From positions 20,001 to 268,000 of the forward strand of contig VRVR01000021.1 in the NCBI GenBank assembly GCA_009859145.1: a stretch of DNA of 248,000 nt, in the 5' to 3' direction. The DNA comes from Andalucia godoyi And28 (lineage: Eukaryota > Protista > Jakobida). Under the pieces are notes generated by a model. The model made no database searches. It was not told the DNA's origin and saw only the letters and a list, made by a program, of their open reading frames with translations. Made by a program: the position numbers and the translations under genes. Numbering within the stretch: position 1 is the stretch's first letter; each line of letters starts with the position of its first letter. This document shows positions 210,601 through 221,045 of this stretch, piece by piece.

Positions 210601-213221
210601 GGCAGAATCGACGAGTGAGTACGCTGCGTGAGATACGCGCTTCTGTTCTGGATCGGATACTTCGCAATCAATCGAGCAGCGAGGGGAGAACTTGGCTTCG
210701 AGAATGACTGAGACAAAACCGGCAACGAATGAATCATCCTTTGCAGAGAGGGCGAACAAGGGATCACACCAGAAACGAGCAGTTCTGCATCCCGGTCCCA
210801 GTCAGTATCCCCCAGGATCCAAAAATCTGGCTTCACAGCCCACAAAGCTCGGGCAACCTTCACGAAGAAAGGGTTCGGAAAGCCTTCATCCGTACAGGCG
210901 CGCGTCTCGAAAAAGCCAGCAACCGATCTGTTGGAGTAGTGCGGCTGCACAACGGTGCCAATCAAAATCTCGTGTCGGGACCAATGCAAGACACCGTCCG
211001 CATCCTTCCTGTACATCTCTTGCTTGTCCACCGGTTTGAGAAGTGGAGTCAGGTGCGCGTGGTCTATACGAAGACCGTCGATGTCCGCCTTGGCAATCCA
211101 TTCCTTGAGTTCGTTCACGTACAGATTCCACGTGTCGAGATTACGGTAGTTCAAGAGCACCGAGTCCTGCCATTCAATGTCGCGACCGTCAATTGCATAA
211201 TGGGGCATAAGTCTCCCCGTATTGTCTGACGTATAAACAAGGGAGGGGAAGTATTTGCGATGTGCATTCTTGGCAGACACGCGAGTTGTTGTGCCGACGA
211301 CCACTTTGATGCGGGATCCGTGGGCCGTTGACATCAGCTTTTGGAACTGCGTGATGCCACCTTTCGACGCTGACGGCACCGCTCTTTCGACTGGTGCATA
211401 CGGATGGAAGTAGAATCGCTCCATGGCGCCAGTAAGGTGAACCGCTGTTACGCCTCGTTGGCGGTACGCGGAAATCTTGGACCCTACGTCAGCAAAGGTG
211501 CCAGCCTGGCGAATGCTCTCTTCAGTGCCATGTGCAGTATGAGAACCCCAGCGAGCGTTCTCGCAATCGACCCACACATCATGCATGACTTCCGTTCGGA
211601 GGTCTGGCTGGATCATGATGCGGCCTGCAGACACGGTGGCTGACCCAGAGCGTATGCGGTAATCCCACATTCCACAGCGCAGACCAGTTAAGAGAGGAAG
211701 CGCATAAAAATCCTGGCTACCGACAGACACCACGATAGGAATCGTCATTCGAGTAGGCTGAGTTCGACGGGGGGTTGGCACGGATATTTCCAAGTGCAGA
211801 TCCGTTCTCCTCCATCCAGATGCTTCATCCAGAGACACAAAATCCGCGTTCTTCACAACATCCTTGTACGAAAACGACTCGTCGCGACCAACCCGTGCAA
211901 CTGCCACGCCCAAAAACGACGGAGCGTTCGCAATGCTGCCACTCGAATTTTGGAAAATCTTTGCTGAGATGGGTACGACAGCATTGAAATCGTCAACGCT
212001 GGAGTACAGATCCCGCGGCCCTGTAAAGTATGCCGGATTGCCCTCCTGACGCGGGACCGGGCCGTTCACATCAAACGTACGGTACACAATGACCACAGCA
212101 TCTCCGAGACGACACATCAACGGAACAAACGGGCCGCGATCTTGCAGCGACGGTGGCTGTTTTGGAGTCGTCTGCAACGGCATAAACGTGACGGAGGCGC
212201 TCTTTGGCGTGGACGGAGTGGAGGATGCTGCAGACTCCGAAGCGGCTGCATCTGCGGCAGTCGGCGTCAAGAGCCCGTCTGACTCTCGCGACAGCTGCCA
212301 TGTATGGCCGTCGTAGACGGCATTGAGCAGTCTGATGGAATCATCAGCGATATCTTCTATATCAGATCCGTGGAGTGCAACAAGAAACCGCTCCAAGATC
212401 TGCACGTCTGCGCAGCGATGGTTGATGGACATGATCGCCAGCAACCTTGACTTCAGATCGGCGAACGTTCGACGAATCACTGTCTCGTCATTTGAGGTGA
212501 ACGCCTCTAGATAGGACTCCTCCAGCTCTTCTGTAACAGAGTACTTCATCCTTTCTTGGAGCAGGCTCTGCAGACGGTCAACAGTCGCCTGAAACGATCC
212601 CAACACACGCGACTTCCAATGCTGAGCAATCAGATGCGGTGCAGACAGTGAGTCCTTTGCATCCTTTTGCGCGAATACCGAGACATACCGGTGGTACACC
212701 AAGGAAGAAAAGTAATGGTCCAGAGCACCCGCACATTGCAGAACAAAATTCACAAGCGAAACGTGCAATGCAGGCGAATCGGAACTGGCCTCTGCATTCG
212801 ATTTTGAACCATCCGAAGAGAACGATACCTCGAAGGAAAGGTCGGAAGTGAACACGTGCTTCTCAGCTTCTCGGAAGGTAGCGAGAGCCGGGGCAAACCC
212901 AAGTTTCAGAATCGAAGCGTGGATCTTGACGACCGCGGCAACCAGCAGATTCCGCACATTGTCTGAGAGTGGGAGAAGCCCGTCTGCCTCCACAAGATGA
213001 TCCGCAGCACTTGCAATCCGATCTCGGACCGATGGATACGTCTCAGCATTGATTTCATTCAAGAGCGCAAGAACATCAGGAGCAAGGCGAAGCACACACG
213101 ACTGACTTCCCGAAAGCGTCGTGGACTGTGATGCCAGCAGTTCAGAATTCTTCACGTCTGGTGTCAGATCCGATACGACCAAGTCCCAAAAAAGAGACTT
213201 TTGGGAAATATAAGTCGACAT
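207687..213221 (-). CDS. Alpha-glucan (glycogen/starch) synthase: GH13-like domain fused to GT5
   Basis: IDGLRIDHAH amylase-like segment; PEIAPWSKIGG, HDW, FVGRITEQKG and PSLFEPGG. Confidence 0.88.
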   Translation of the reverse strand: MSTYISQKSLFWDLVVSDLTPDVKNSELLASQSTTLSGSQSCVLRLAPDVLALLNEINAETYPSVRDRIASAADHLVEADGLLPLSDNVRNLLVAAVVKIHASILKLGFAPALATFREAEKHVFTSDLSFEVSFSSDGSKSNAEASSDSPALHVSLVNFVLQCAGALDHYFSSLVYHRYVSVFAQKDAKDSLSAPHLIAQHWKSRVLGSFQATVDRLQSLLQERMKYSVTEELEESYLEAFTSNDETVIRRTFADLKSRLLAIMSINHRCADVQILERFLVALHGSDIEDIADDSIRLLNAVYDGHTWQLSRESDGLLTPTAADAAASESAASSTPSTPKSASVTFMPLQTTPKQPPSLQDRGPFVPLMCRLGDAVVIVYRTFDVNGPVPRQEGNPAYFTGPRDLYSSVDDFNAVVPISAKIFQNSSGSIANAPSFLGVAVARVGRDESFSYKDVVKNADFVSLDEASGWRRTDLHLEISVPTPRRTQPTRMTIPIVVSVGSQDFYALPLLTGLRCGMWDYRIRSGSATVSAGRIMIQPDLRTEVMHDVWVDCENARWGSHTAHGTEESIRQAGTFADVGSKISAYRQRGVTAVHLTGAMERFYFHPYAPVERAVPSASKGGITQFQKLMSTAHGSRIKVVVGTTTRVSAKNAHRKYFPSLVYTSDNTGRLMPHYAIDGRDIEWQDSVLLNYRNLDTWNLYVNELKEWIAKADIDGLRIDHAHLTPLLKPVDKQEMYRKDADGVLHWSRHEILIGTVVQPHYSNRSVAGFFETRACTDEGFPNPFFVKVARALWAVKPDFWILGDTDWDRDAELLVSGVIPCSPSLQRMIHSLPVLSQSFSKPSSPLAARLIAKYPIQNRSAYLTQRTHSSILPLNSSHPWTMLDLMYLLPWVPCTSSIELDTFPFSVDITTGRRHRMNVSFSQQFLEEYVVSRTSLRRRYDVLLKGELEFVPSPNPHQIACFIRWIRATGEMCFCAVNMSPSDAHWVPLSIPKSAVVRSDEMYSVSRVEPKGKVEYFYGEEIVALSGVDMKPITFQVTPSSSLCLLVSPMQDTVSSRRLVVESSLRRCLECQDHALPSHHFYKNVLKALQDRNRSDEFFDLIKRYASVLTPPLERDLLPAVLHRVLFHAVQQETAKEVVVASYLRSAALNKQGIDTVVFDVCRSLLERNKLGSIVMVTPEIAPWSKIGGVAVMVDALAQDLASMGLEVHVLSPYYNKNNAGKTDYLKEDGIFLDSIIQTNVGFDTVNVGLHYVHRNNVHYYFLHHADIFPVAYRSGRAMDQCRTVVLLARAALETLCQKHILPAVIVTHDWPSGLVAAYTKLGYYGSSFRGATLMHVVHNLEEGYQGRIYPEAHLHAADDHFGWIHQLPDDVVWDPYIRCIDSSRAALRMSDQWGTVSLSYRNDLLSSSSYAYVLRKYARPFAYSNGIRVAVRRAQMAKIAPSHEAAKEIVQKKYFGRSEPSVPVFSFVGRITEQKGVHLIVDAVEHLMYTYSGKLMIIIGGQANYTDPYAARCGARMRALRSLFPNQFWCDPDAFFADGPLVNIGSDFGLMPSLFEPGGQVQQEYFAAGTPVVAFATGGLKDTVSEFDVDSERGNGFLFLGYRVADFINCVDRCMRVYERKDQYERLRENAERSVLDSMHVSRQWGKEFARLRGCLWVEDVINEMHSLQTQNSVRVVRTTSGASSVPEWLPPVPHVQKMEQKLQNATAVAQSIPIHSNPTMMSPAHSAPVGMPSTTNWYPSSAVTADLATPATSGLSLPASSSGGPVYPVPLPPQPAPAFAPSGSERERASSVPSSIDVSTKPLINAPGVVTATTEQRRPSIPTPTNPEPRRISLPLSTNPQ

Positions 213222-213708
213222 TTCACTTTCTCCTTTTCTTTTTCTTTTTCTTTTTCTTTTTCTTTTTCTTTTTCTTTTTCTTTTTCTTTTTCTTTTTCGA
213301 TCAGCGAACTGCTGGGAAATAAAAACAATATTCTTGTATAAAGAAGTAATCAACTAATTAAATTTTTAAATATAAAAATAGAAGAAAACCAAAAGAAAAG
213401 AACAGCAAGCAAAGCAGGTTAAATAAATAGTCGTGCGGGAATTCGAACATCCTGCTGCAGAGTGCAAATAGGGAAAGCACCCATCGCCCACTTGAACTCA
213501 GCGGGGAATTTGTGTTTTCCTACGTATCTCCAAGTTGTGCCAAGTTGATGATGTGCACTTGATGCAAAGTGAATCGATATTGCCGGACTTTCCTAATTGT
213601 CAGTTTTTTTTTCCGTGAGTGTTTTTCTTCTTTCTTCTTTCATCATCTTCTTGGTTTTTTCTTCTTCTTGTTGCTGTTGTTGTTGCTGTTGTTGCTGAGA
213701 ACATCGCG

Positions 213709-215097
213709 ATGTCGGTTCGAGAGTACGCTGTGGTGGCATTCCACTTGGTCGCACTGATGCTGTTGTGGCCTGTACTTGGAATTCTTTTCAGAGTTGTTCG
213801 GCTATTCTGCGTGTTCTTCTGGAGAAGGCCAAAGAAGAGCCGCGATGCTGCGATTTCGTATTTCCACCCGTTTGCACTGTCTGGAGGCGGTGGCGAACGT
213901 GTGTTGTGGCAGGCAGTCCGCGGCCATTTGGAATTCTCGGATAGCAATTTGGTCATTTATTCGTCACAGATCCCCGAGTCATTGGATCATCTTTCACGCA
214001 AGATTGGCTCGTCGTTTGGAATCCATTTGGATCCATCTGTTCTGCACAGACGACTGGCTTTTGTGCACCTTCCATTTTCAGCTTGCTTGGACCCGCAGTC
214101 GTTTCCAGTCGCAACCATGTTTTTCCAGCTGTTTGGGGCGGTCTGCGTTGCGTTTCATGCAGTTCTTCGCGATCCGTTTGTTCAAGTGTTTATCGACTCA
214201 ACGGGGTGGGCTCCAACCCTCATGTTTGCCAAGGTCCTGACGGGCTGTCGCACCGGTGCCTATGTTCACTATCCGACAATTTCGGATGTGCATCTGGACG
214301 CTGCAACGGGATTCCTGCGCAAACTGTACCTGGGTGCTCTGTTCCTGTTTTATCGATTTTGTGGATCATTTGTCGACTTTGCCGCTGCGAACTCATCGTG
214401 GACGATGGCGCGCATGAAGAAGATATGGCCGTCGACAGCCATCAGCCTTGTATATCCTCCATGTCCTGTAGAGGCACTTTCGGCGATTGCGACGACCAGC
214501 AAACGCGAGCGTATCATTTTGTCCATTGGCCAGTTCAGACCAGAAAAGAATCACGCGCTGCAGCTTCAAGCGTTTGCAGAGGCCGTCGCAAATGGGTTGC
214601 ATCAGGCAAGACTTGTGGTCATTGGGTCCACACGAAGCCCGGGCGATGAAGACAGGGTCGTGTCTCTGCAGACCCTTGCACGGGATCTCGGGATTTACCC
214701 CTCTCAAGTCGAGTTTCTGGTGAATGTTCCGTTTGCGACCATCAAGGAATTTCTTGGACGAGCTTTGGTGGGCGTCCACACAATGCAAGATGAACACTTT
214801 GGAATCTCGGTTGTCGAGTTCATGGCGGCAGGTGTGATCCCAGTCGCCCACCAGAGTGGCGGGCCGTTGGATGATATCGTCCTTGATAATGGAGAGAATG
214901 GTCTGCTGGCCAAGAACGCCCACGAGTTTGCCCACGCCTTTGTCAAGTTGCTTGAGCAGATGTCACCTTCGGAAGTGTCAAAGATGCGAGAAAGATCGCA
215001 ACGGCGTGCACAAATGTTTTCATCGCGCGAGTTTGAGGAACAGTGGATTGGCTTACTCGTGCACAACAACGTTTTCCCAAGAAAGAAGGAGCACTGA
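213709..215097 (+). CDS. ALG11: ALG11 alpha-1,2-mannosyltransferase
   Basis: FHPF..SGGGGERVLW, YVHYPTIS, QFRPEKNH and EHFGISVVE. Confidence 0.95.
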   Translation: MSVREYAVVAFHLVALMLLWPVLGILFRVVRLFCVFFWRRPKKSRDAAISYFHPFALSGGGGERVLWQAVRGHLEFSDSNLVIYSSQIPESLDHLSRKIGSSFGIHLDPSVLHRRLAFVHLPFSACLDPQSFPVATMFFQLFGAVCVAFHAVLRDPFVQVFIDSTGWAPTLMFAKVLTGCRTGAYVHYPTISDVHLDAATGFLRKLYLGALFLFYRFCGSFVDFAAANSSWTMARMKKIWPSTAISLVYPPCPVEALSAIATTSKRERIILSIGQFRPEKNHALQLQAFAEAVANGLHQARLVVIGSTRSPGDEDRVVSLQTLARDLGIYPSQVEFLVNVPFATIKEFLGRALVGVHTMQDEHFGISVVEFMAAGVIPVAHQSGGPLDDIVLDNGENGLLAKNAHEFAHAFVKLLEQMSPSEVSKMRERSQRRAQMFSSREFEEQWIGLLVHNNVFPRKKEH

Positions 215098-215244
215098 CGG
215101 AAGAGCGGCGTTGTTTCAAGCCCAGTTCTAGCAATTTTTAGAGTTTTCATAATGGAAAGAGTCTGTACATAAATTCTTACAAACAAAATGTAATAAAAGA
215201 AAAGAAAAATCCAACTGCATAATTTCTTTCCATATTCTCTTTCA

Positions 215245-216879
215245 TCATGCACATACGTCAGTGGATTTCAGACGAGCGAACAGCGGTTGCGTCACGTTCA
215301 TAGAAAGAATACGGTTCAATGAGTTGTCAATGGAAAAAGAAAACGGAAGACCGAAACGTACGTGTTGGGCAGATGATAAATCTTTTGCTGCCAGTGCGGA
215401 AATGCCCTTTTCTGCGGAAATCGGAATGATCGGGCTGAGCGCGATCATCGAGGCACGCAGGACCTCGAGTGAAACCAGCAGTGTTCTTGAAAAAAGAGCA
215501 AAGTCGCCACCAGGCTTCACAGTGTCCCACGGCCTGGCCGCAGAAAAATACGAGTTTCCAAGGCGCAGCAACTCTAGTATGTGTTCAATGACCTTGGATA
215601 TTTCTCCATCGTCGTAGTACACATGAACGGTTTCTCGCAAGTTGTTGATCCTCGAGAAAATTTCCGTTTCCTGCGCAGACTGCGAAACAAAAGGATTTGC
215701 AAGTTTGAAGAACTGCTTCGCAAGCGCCTCCCGATCTGTCTTGGCCAGCAGTGCCAATGTGCGGGACAGCAAGTTTCCAAGAGTATCTGCCAAATCAACG
215801 TTGCATTTCTGGAAGACGAGGTCCCGCAGGAAGTTTGAGTCTTGCGACAACGAGCTCTCTTTCATCATGAAATATCGGAAGCGGTCCATTCCGATTGAGT
215901 CGACGTACTTGCATGGTTCAACAACATTGCCCAGCGATTTCGACATTTTCTTTCCATCCACCACCCAGTGCGCATGGCAAACAATTTTTTTTGGAAACGG
216001 AAGATCGGCAGCCAGAAGAAATGCAGGCCAGTACACCGCGTGAAACTTGAGAATATCCTTGCCAATGACTTGGTGCGTCGGAGGCCAGGAGTCCACAAAC
216101 CTGGGCGATGGATACCCAGCAACGGTCAGATAGTTCGCCAGAGCGTCCAGCCAAACATAGATCACTTGCCGATCGTCATCGGACAGATCAGCGCTCTTGA
216201 TATCAAACGAACGGGACGGAACCGGAATGCCCCAGGGGACTCGTGCGACCGGTCTCGACACACTCAAATCCCCAATATCGGAATCCAGATACGCCAAGAC
216301 CTCGTTTTTCCGAGACGCAGGCACAATCTGCATCTTTCCTGAATTGATGATCGACTTGATCTCGTCACGAAACGCAGAAAGCTTAAACATCCAATTTAGC
216401 TCGGAGATGAGTTCGACTGGTCTTCCTGACAGCTTGGAGCATCTCGACCCGTCCTCCAAAACGATAGTGTCTTCCTCCTTTAGAAACTCTTCGTCGGATA
216501 CTGAATACCACCCGGAATACGATCCGCGGTACAGATACCCCTTTGATTGCAAAATATCCCACAGTCGATGCACACTCTCAACGTGTCTGGATTCCGTAGT
216601 CCGGATGAAATCATCCTGCGAGCAATCAAGCTGCAGCGCCAGAGACCGGAAGCAATTTGAATTGTGTGTGCAGAATTCCATGGTGGTCATATTCGCACTT
216701 TGAGCAGCCTCGTGCACCTTCTTGCCGTGCTCATCCGTGCCCGTTGCAAGCAGCACTCTTGCACCATTCAACCGGTGCCATCGCGCAATCACATCAGCAA
216801 GAACCAACGAGTACGCATGCCCTAAATGCGGAGCTCCATTCACGTAGAAAATCGGAGTCGTCACAAACACCCGATTCAT
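215245..216879 (-). CDS. MARS2: Methionyl-tRNA synthetase (mitochondrial type)
   Basis: TTPIFYVNGAPHLGH, GTDEHG, YVWLDAL, GKDILKFH and KMSKS. Confidence 0.95.
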   Translation of the reverse strand: MNRVFVTTPIFYVNGAPHLGHAYSLVLADVIARWHRLNGARVLLATGTDEHGKKVHEAAQSANMTTMEFCTHNSNCFRSLALQLDCSQDDFIRTTESRHVESVHRLWDILQSKGYLYRGSYSGWYSVSDEEFLKEEDTIVLEDGSRCSKLSGRPVELISELNWMFKLSAFRDEIKSIINSGKMQIVPASRKNEVLAYLDSDIGDLSVSRPVARVPWGIPVPSRSFDIKSADLSDDDRQVIYVWLDALANYLTVAGYPSPRFVDSWPPTHQVIGKDILKFHAVYWPAFLLAADLPFPKKIVCHAHWVVDGKKMSKSLGNVVEPCKYVDSIGMDRFRYFMMKESSLSQDSNFLRDLVFQKCNVDLADTLGNLLSRTLALLAKTDREALAKQFFKLANPFVSQSAQETEIFSRINNLRETVHVYYDDGEISKVIEHILELLRLGNSYFSAARPWDTVKPGGDFALFSRTLLVSLEVLRASMIALSPIIPISAEKGISALAAKDLSSAQHVRFGLPFSFSIDNSLNRILSMNVTQPLFARLKSTDVCA

Positions 216880-217384
216880 TCTTCTCTCGCCCCTATATGC
216901 TTCCCTTTTCCCCCTTTTCCCCCTCTTTTTGTTCTTCTTCTCTTCGCTCGAATGATTCCTATTTCCTAACGTAATCCAAAATGAACAGCAGCAAATCCTC
217001 AACTTCTCAATTCCTCCTCAACTTACTCGTGCTTTCCGCTCCGTTTCCTCGAATCCAAAAATAAGAAAAAAAACTTCGCTGGTCTTGCACGATAGAGCAT
217101 GCAGATTAAGTATGCCAGTCGAGCGTCCTTTGCTTGCCCCGACAACAACATAAAAAACCTCAGTTTCAGCTCTTTCCCCTTTCCCTCCTTTCAATATGCC
217201 CCGAGCTAGGTCATTGTTTCAGCATATTGTTTTTTTAAAGAATAGATATTAAACAATATATTTTTCTATTTTTGTTTTCTGAATCCGGTTTGAGATTGCG
217301 TGCGTGCGTGCGTGCGTGTGCGTGTGCGTGTGTGTCTGTCTGTCTTCGTTTGTGTTTGTGTTTGGGTGTGTGGAGCTTGTAATC

Positions 217385-220300
217385 ATGTGCAGTAGTGTTG
217401 TTCTTGATGACATTTTCCAATACTCAAAGGAAGTTACAGAGACGTATCTTCCTTGTGCGTCCCTTGTTCGGTTCGGAAATGCAGCTATTGACGACATTGC
217501 AATGGACTTGAGTTTGATGAGCGACATTCGAGCCAAGTGGCGGATTTTCCCAGAGGCTCGCGACTTTCAGATGTCGCTGGCTTCCATTGAGGAGGGCCTT
217601 CCGTTGACGACCCTGGTAGACCCAAAGTGGATCCGAATGCACTTGTCGACTGCGCCGATGGTCAACATTTGTGTGTTTTCATTGGATGCAGACGATGACA
217701 CTTGGAGAAAGAATGTGGAGTTCTGCGAAAAGGAGATATTCAGCAAAGCACACGGCTCAAAGTTCATTTTCTTGATCAGGGCTCTTAATGCGCGTGCCGA
217801 AGGATCGTCGAGCATTCCGTCTGCTTCATCGTCAAATACTGCTGGTGTTGCCAAGTCCCCGTCGCTTACGCAAGGGATCAACGTTATTGCTGCATCGGGT
217901 GGCCAGAGTGTCGATAACGCATCTGCACCAACCTCCCCGAGTGCGCCGTCGTCTGCATCGGATGATCGAGTGTCTGAACTCAAGAAGAGATTGGAAGGAG
218001 AGTTTCTGGTAATTCCGATTATCCGACCGAACACGGCAAACCAGACTGCAGTACCGCCATATATGAACAAGGTGGGAAAATGGGTTTCCTCGTTGGTGGA
218101 ATCTGTGGGAAAGGACCGCGTGAAGAGCGCCAAGAAAATGGTCTCCGAAGGAAGAACGTTGGATATGGGGTCAATGGTCCGGTACCTATTTGCAGAGGGA
218201 TTTTGGAATGAGGTGCGGCGAAAGTACGACTCGGCGTTCAAAAAGTACGAAGAGGCTCATCGGCTGATCCTCCAGTCTTCGGTGCAGGACTACACCGTTC
218301 CGCCAATGGATGTGCTGTACTGTTCAGAATATCTATCGTTTCGTATTCGCCGGCTCCGCGTTCTCAATTACTACGCAAACATCAGGAACACCCCTTCTTC
218401 ACAAGAACCAAATGCCAAAGTGTACATTGTGAACCAATTTAGAGAGCAGTATCGTTGGTATACATCTCAGCTTCTGTCTTCTGTTGCCGATCTGCTGCGA
218501 TCTCGCTTGTTCCTCGCTAGACAATGCTTCTCCTTCGGGAAGATTTTGTGTGAAAAGGTGCTCACAGATATCGTGGTGTCGTATTTTGTGTCCACTGTTG
218601 TGGAGTACCGTTGCCAACCGGCATTTTATTTTCGTGCAGCGGCGAACCACATGATCGAATCGCAAGCTGTCGCGCTGTTGATTTGTAACCGAAATACGAA
218701 TGTGCAATCGGCCGTGGACGTTCGATCTCTCTCCCTGTCCTTCGCTCCGGAAGTTGCGAAGTCATTTTTGATGGTGATAACCAATCCAGGTAGGAACATT
218801 GCTTCTGATACGCTGGTGACTGAGATTCTCAGTGTTATTGGAAAGCGGCAGTTTTCTGAGAATGTTTTAGGACTTTTGAAGATCCAATTGGACTCCATCC
218901 CTGTCCACAAACTGAGGCTTCGCTCGGAAATTTTGATGCGCATGGTGGACCAACAGATTGTACTGCACGAATGGATGGAGGCTCTGGAGAAGTTGCGCGA
219001 AGTTCGTCCGATCTTGCGCAAGGATTATTGGCGCTTTGAGACGGTATATCACGTCCAGAAGACATTGTTTTGCGTCCAGCAACTCATCGACAAGGTGTCG
219101 CAAATCCCACAGCAATTGCCGAAGGTGTATGGTTCTGCGTGGCAAGAGTATGTTTTATCGTCGATGGAGGTTGTGTCCAGCGCTTCGCTGCTGCCGTTTG
219201 AGGTCCGCAAGCAGTATTCAGATTCCTTGCTGTCGTTCATGCAAAAGTTTTCGTCGATCGCGAATGTCGTGGAAACCGAACTCTCTGCAAAGCCTTCTCT
219301 TGTGCTGGATCCGTGGACGACAGTCCCTTTGTTTGTTGTCGAGCCTTCGTTTTCTGCATTCTCTGTGCACGTTGGGGACAAACTGCAGTTCAAGGTCAAG
219401 CTGACTGTCCTGCTTCCGCCAGAATGTGTCCGACAACTCCTCTCCGCGGACCTCGCGTCGCATATTTTCCCTTCACTGTCAGCAGAATTTCGAGGAATCC
219501 CGTCGTTGAAGGTCGACTACCACTCTTCAGACATCGATGAGGGTACTGGACTATTGGTTGTCTGCTTTGCATGCGAGGTTCCCACCGTCCTGAAGACGTT
219601 CTTGTCTCTAAAAATGCTGTCAGGAAGCTCTCGCTTTGCGGGGCTTCCGTTGACCTTCGACGCCTCTTGGTATTTCACTTCCGTCGAATGCTATTGCCAT
219701 ATTCATTCTGCTCCGTCGCTTCTCGATGTATCTTTTGATTTGCTGGCTTCCAGTGTTGCAGACCGCGTTGTCGATATGAATACCCCGCTCTTTGTGAACG
219801 AAGCTTGCCGAGTACGTGTGACGATACGATCTCCTCGGGAGCACTGCGGTGGTGGTACGTACTCCATTCATTGCTTGTCGCCTGCGGATACTGCCGTTGC
219901 GCCGGATTTATTGACGCAGTCCTCGAGCTCCATGTTTGGCAACATTCCAACACTGAACCCAGCAACAGGTGACGTGGATCATGTGTTTGAGTTTGTGGTT
220001 CGTTCGACTGTACCGGGAATGAAGTCATTTAGTTTTGAAGGGGTGTATGCCTCTCCTCGTGATTCAAAGTGCATTCATACATCCTCTCTGAATCTTGTGT
220101 TTGCTTGGCCGTTTGTGGTCGGTGTGGATGTTTTCAAAACCTCGTCGAATTTCTTGAGCACTTTCCCGCCTCTGAGAACTGCTGCGTCATCTTGCTATCT
220201 GAACGAACCGACTGTCTTTTCTGTGTTTATCAAAAGACCAGATGAAGGGGCCTCTCCTACTTCGAAACCGGATGATTTCGCGCTTCGTGTTTTTGCCGTG

Positions 220301-220921
220301 GATTGCGTTTCTCAAGCGTCTTCTCTTTCCTTGGTTGCCAACGGGACGTCGTCCACTCCTGCACATTCGGTGTCGGAGCACTTTTCAGATGCTGTCCTCT
220401 GTGGTTCCGACTCCTTGCAATCAGCTTTTCTGGGAGTTCCCCACAAGGAAGGTACGATCAGCCCGTTCACGATATCTGTGCACTGTTGCCGCGTGTTTTA
220501 TTCCTCTCCTTCCGTGGGAAAGGTCAAGCTTGAAAATGGACATTCTTTTATCCTCACGTTCCGTGCTCCAGAGGTGATCATATTGTCTCGCCCACTGCGA
220601 GTGCGGTTTGCCATTCCCGCAGAAGCGTTGTGTGCGCAGCAATTCGATGTCGTTGCGACGATTGAGAACTTGGCGCAGCAAGAACTATCCATCTCTTTAC
220701 AGGTTGATCCTGTGAACGAGTCGGGCTCCATCGTCGTGCAAGGTGTTCGAATCAAGACTCGAATCCTGGAGCCGTCTTCTTCGATTGTTGAGCGGTTTTC
220801 CATGTGTGCCCTTCAGGCAGGCTGCCTGTCAATTCCGAGCTTCCGCGTGTCGCCTACCGAAAATCTGCAACAGATTATGTACGACTCGAGCAATGATAAT
220901 CTGAATGTCTTTATTCATTAG
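217385..220921 (+). CDS. TRAPPC11: TRAPPC11 (foie gras/gryzun domains)
   Basis: Foie-gras-like helical region (QPAFYFRAAA) and C-terminal Ig-like gryzun region. Confidence 0.7.
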   Translation: MCSSVVLDDIFQYSKEVTETYLPCASLVRFGNAAIDDIAMDLSLMSDIRAKWRIFPEARDFQMSLASIEEGLPLTTLVDPKWIRMHLSTAPMVNICVFSLDADDDTWRKNVEFCEKEIFSKAHGSKFIFLIRALNARAEGSSSIPSASSSNTAGVAKSPSLTQGINVIAASGGQSVDNASAPTSPSAPSSASDDRVSELKKRLEGEFLVIPIIRPNTANQTAVPPYMNKVGKWVSSLVESVGKDRVKSAKKMVSEGRTLDMGSMVRYLFAEGFWNEVRRKYDSAFKKYEEAHRLILQSSVQDYTVPPMDVLYCSEYLSFRIRRLRVLNYYANIRNTPSSQEPNAKVYIVNQFREQYRWYTSQLLSSVADLLRSRLFLARQCFSFGKILCEKVLTDIVVSYFVSTVVEYRCQPAFYFRAAANHMIESQAVALLICNRNTNVQSAVDVRSLSLSFAPEVAKSFLMVITNPGRNIASDTLVTEILSVIGKRQFSENVLGLLKIQLDSIPVHKLRLRSEILMRMVDQQIVLHEWMEALEKLREVRPILRKDYWRFETVYHVQKTLFCVQQLIDKVSQIPQQLPKVYGSAWQEYVLSSMEVVSSASLLPFEVRKQYSDSLLSFMQKFSSIANVVETELSAKPSLVLDPWTTVPLFVVEPSFSAFSVHVGDKLQFKVKLTVLLPPECVRQLLSADLASHIFPSLSAEFRGIPSLKVDYHSSDIDEGTGLLVVCFACEVPTVLKTFLSLKMLSGSSRFAGLPLTFDASWYFTSVECYCHIHSAPSLLDVSFDLLASSVADRVVDMNTPLFVNEACRVRVTIRSPREHCGGGTYSIHCLSPADTAVAPDLLTQSSSSMFGNIPTLNPATGDVDHVFEFVVRSTVPGMKSFSFEGVYASPRDSKCIHTSSLNLVFAWPFVVGVDVFKTSSNFLSTFPPLRTAASSCYLNEPTVFSVFIKRPDEGASPTSKPDDFALRVFAVDCVSQASSLSLVANGTSSTPAHSVSEHFSDAVLCGSDSLQSAFLGVPHKEGTISPFTISVHCCRVFYSSPSVGKVKLENGHSFILTFRAPEVIILSRPLRVRFAIPAEALCAQQFDVVATIENLAQQELSISLQVDPVNESGSIVVQGVRIKTRILEPSSSIVERFSMCALQAGCLSIPSFRVSPTENLQQIMYDSSNDNLNVFIH

Positions 220922-221045
220922 TGGTATTTTCATTATAATAATAAAACCAACTCCCCCCGTCATTTTGTTGTTGACTATATTGAATTATTTTGCTGAAAAA
221001 GAAAAAAAAAGGGGGAAGAGGGGAAGGCGGAGGAGGAAGAAACTA

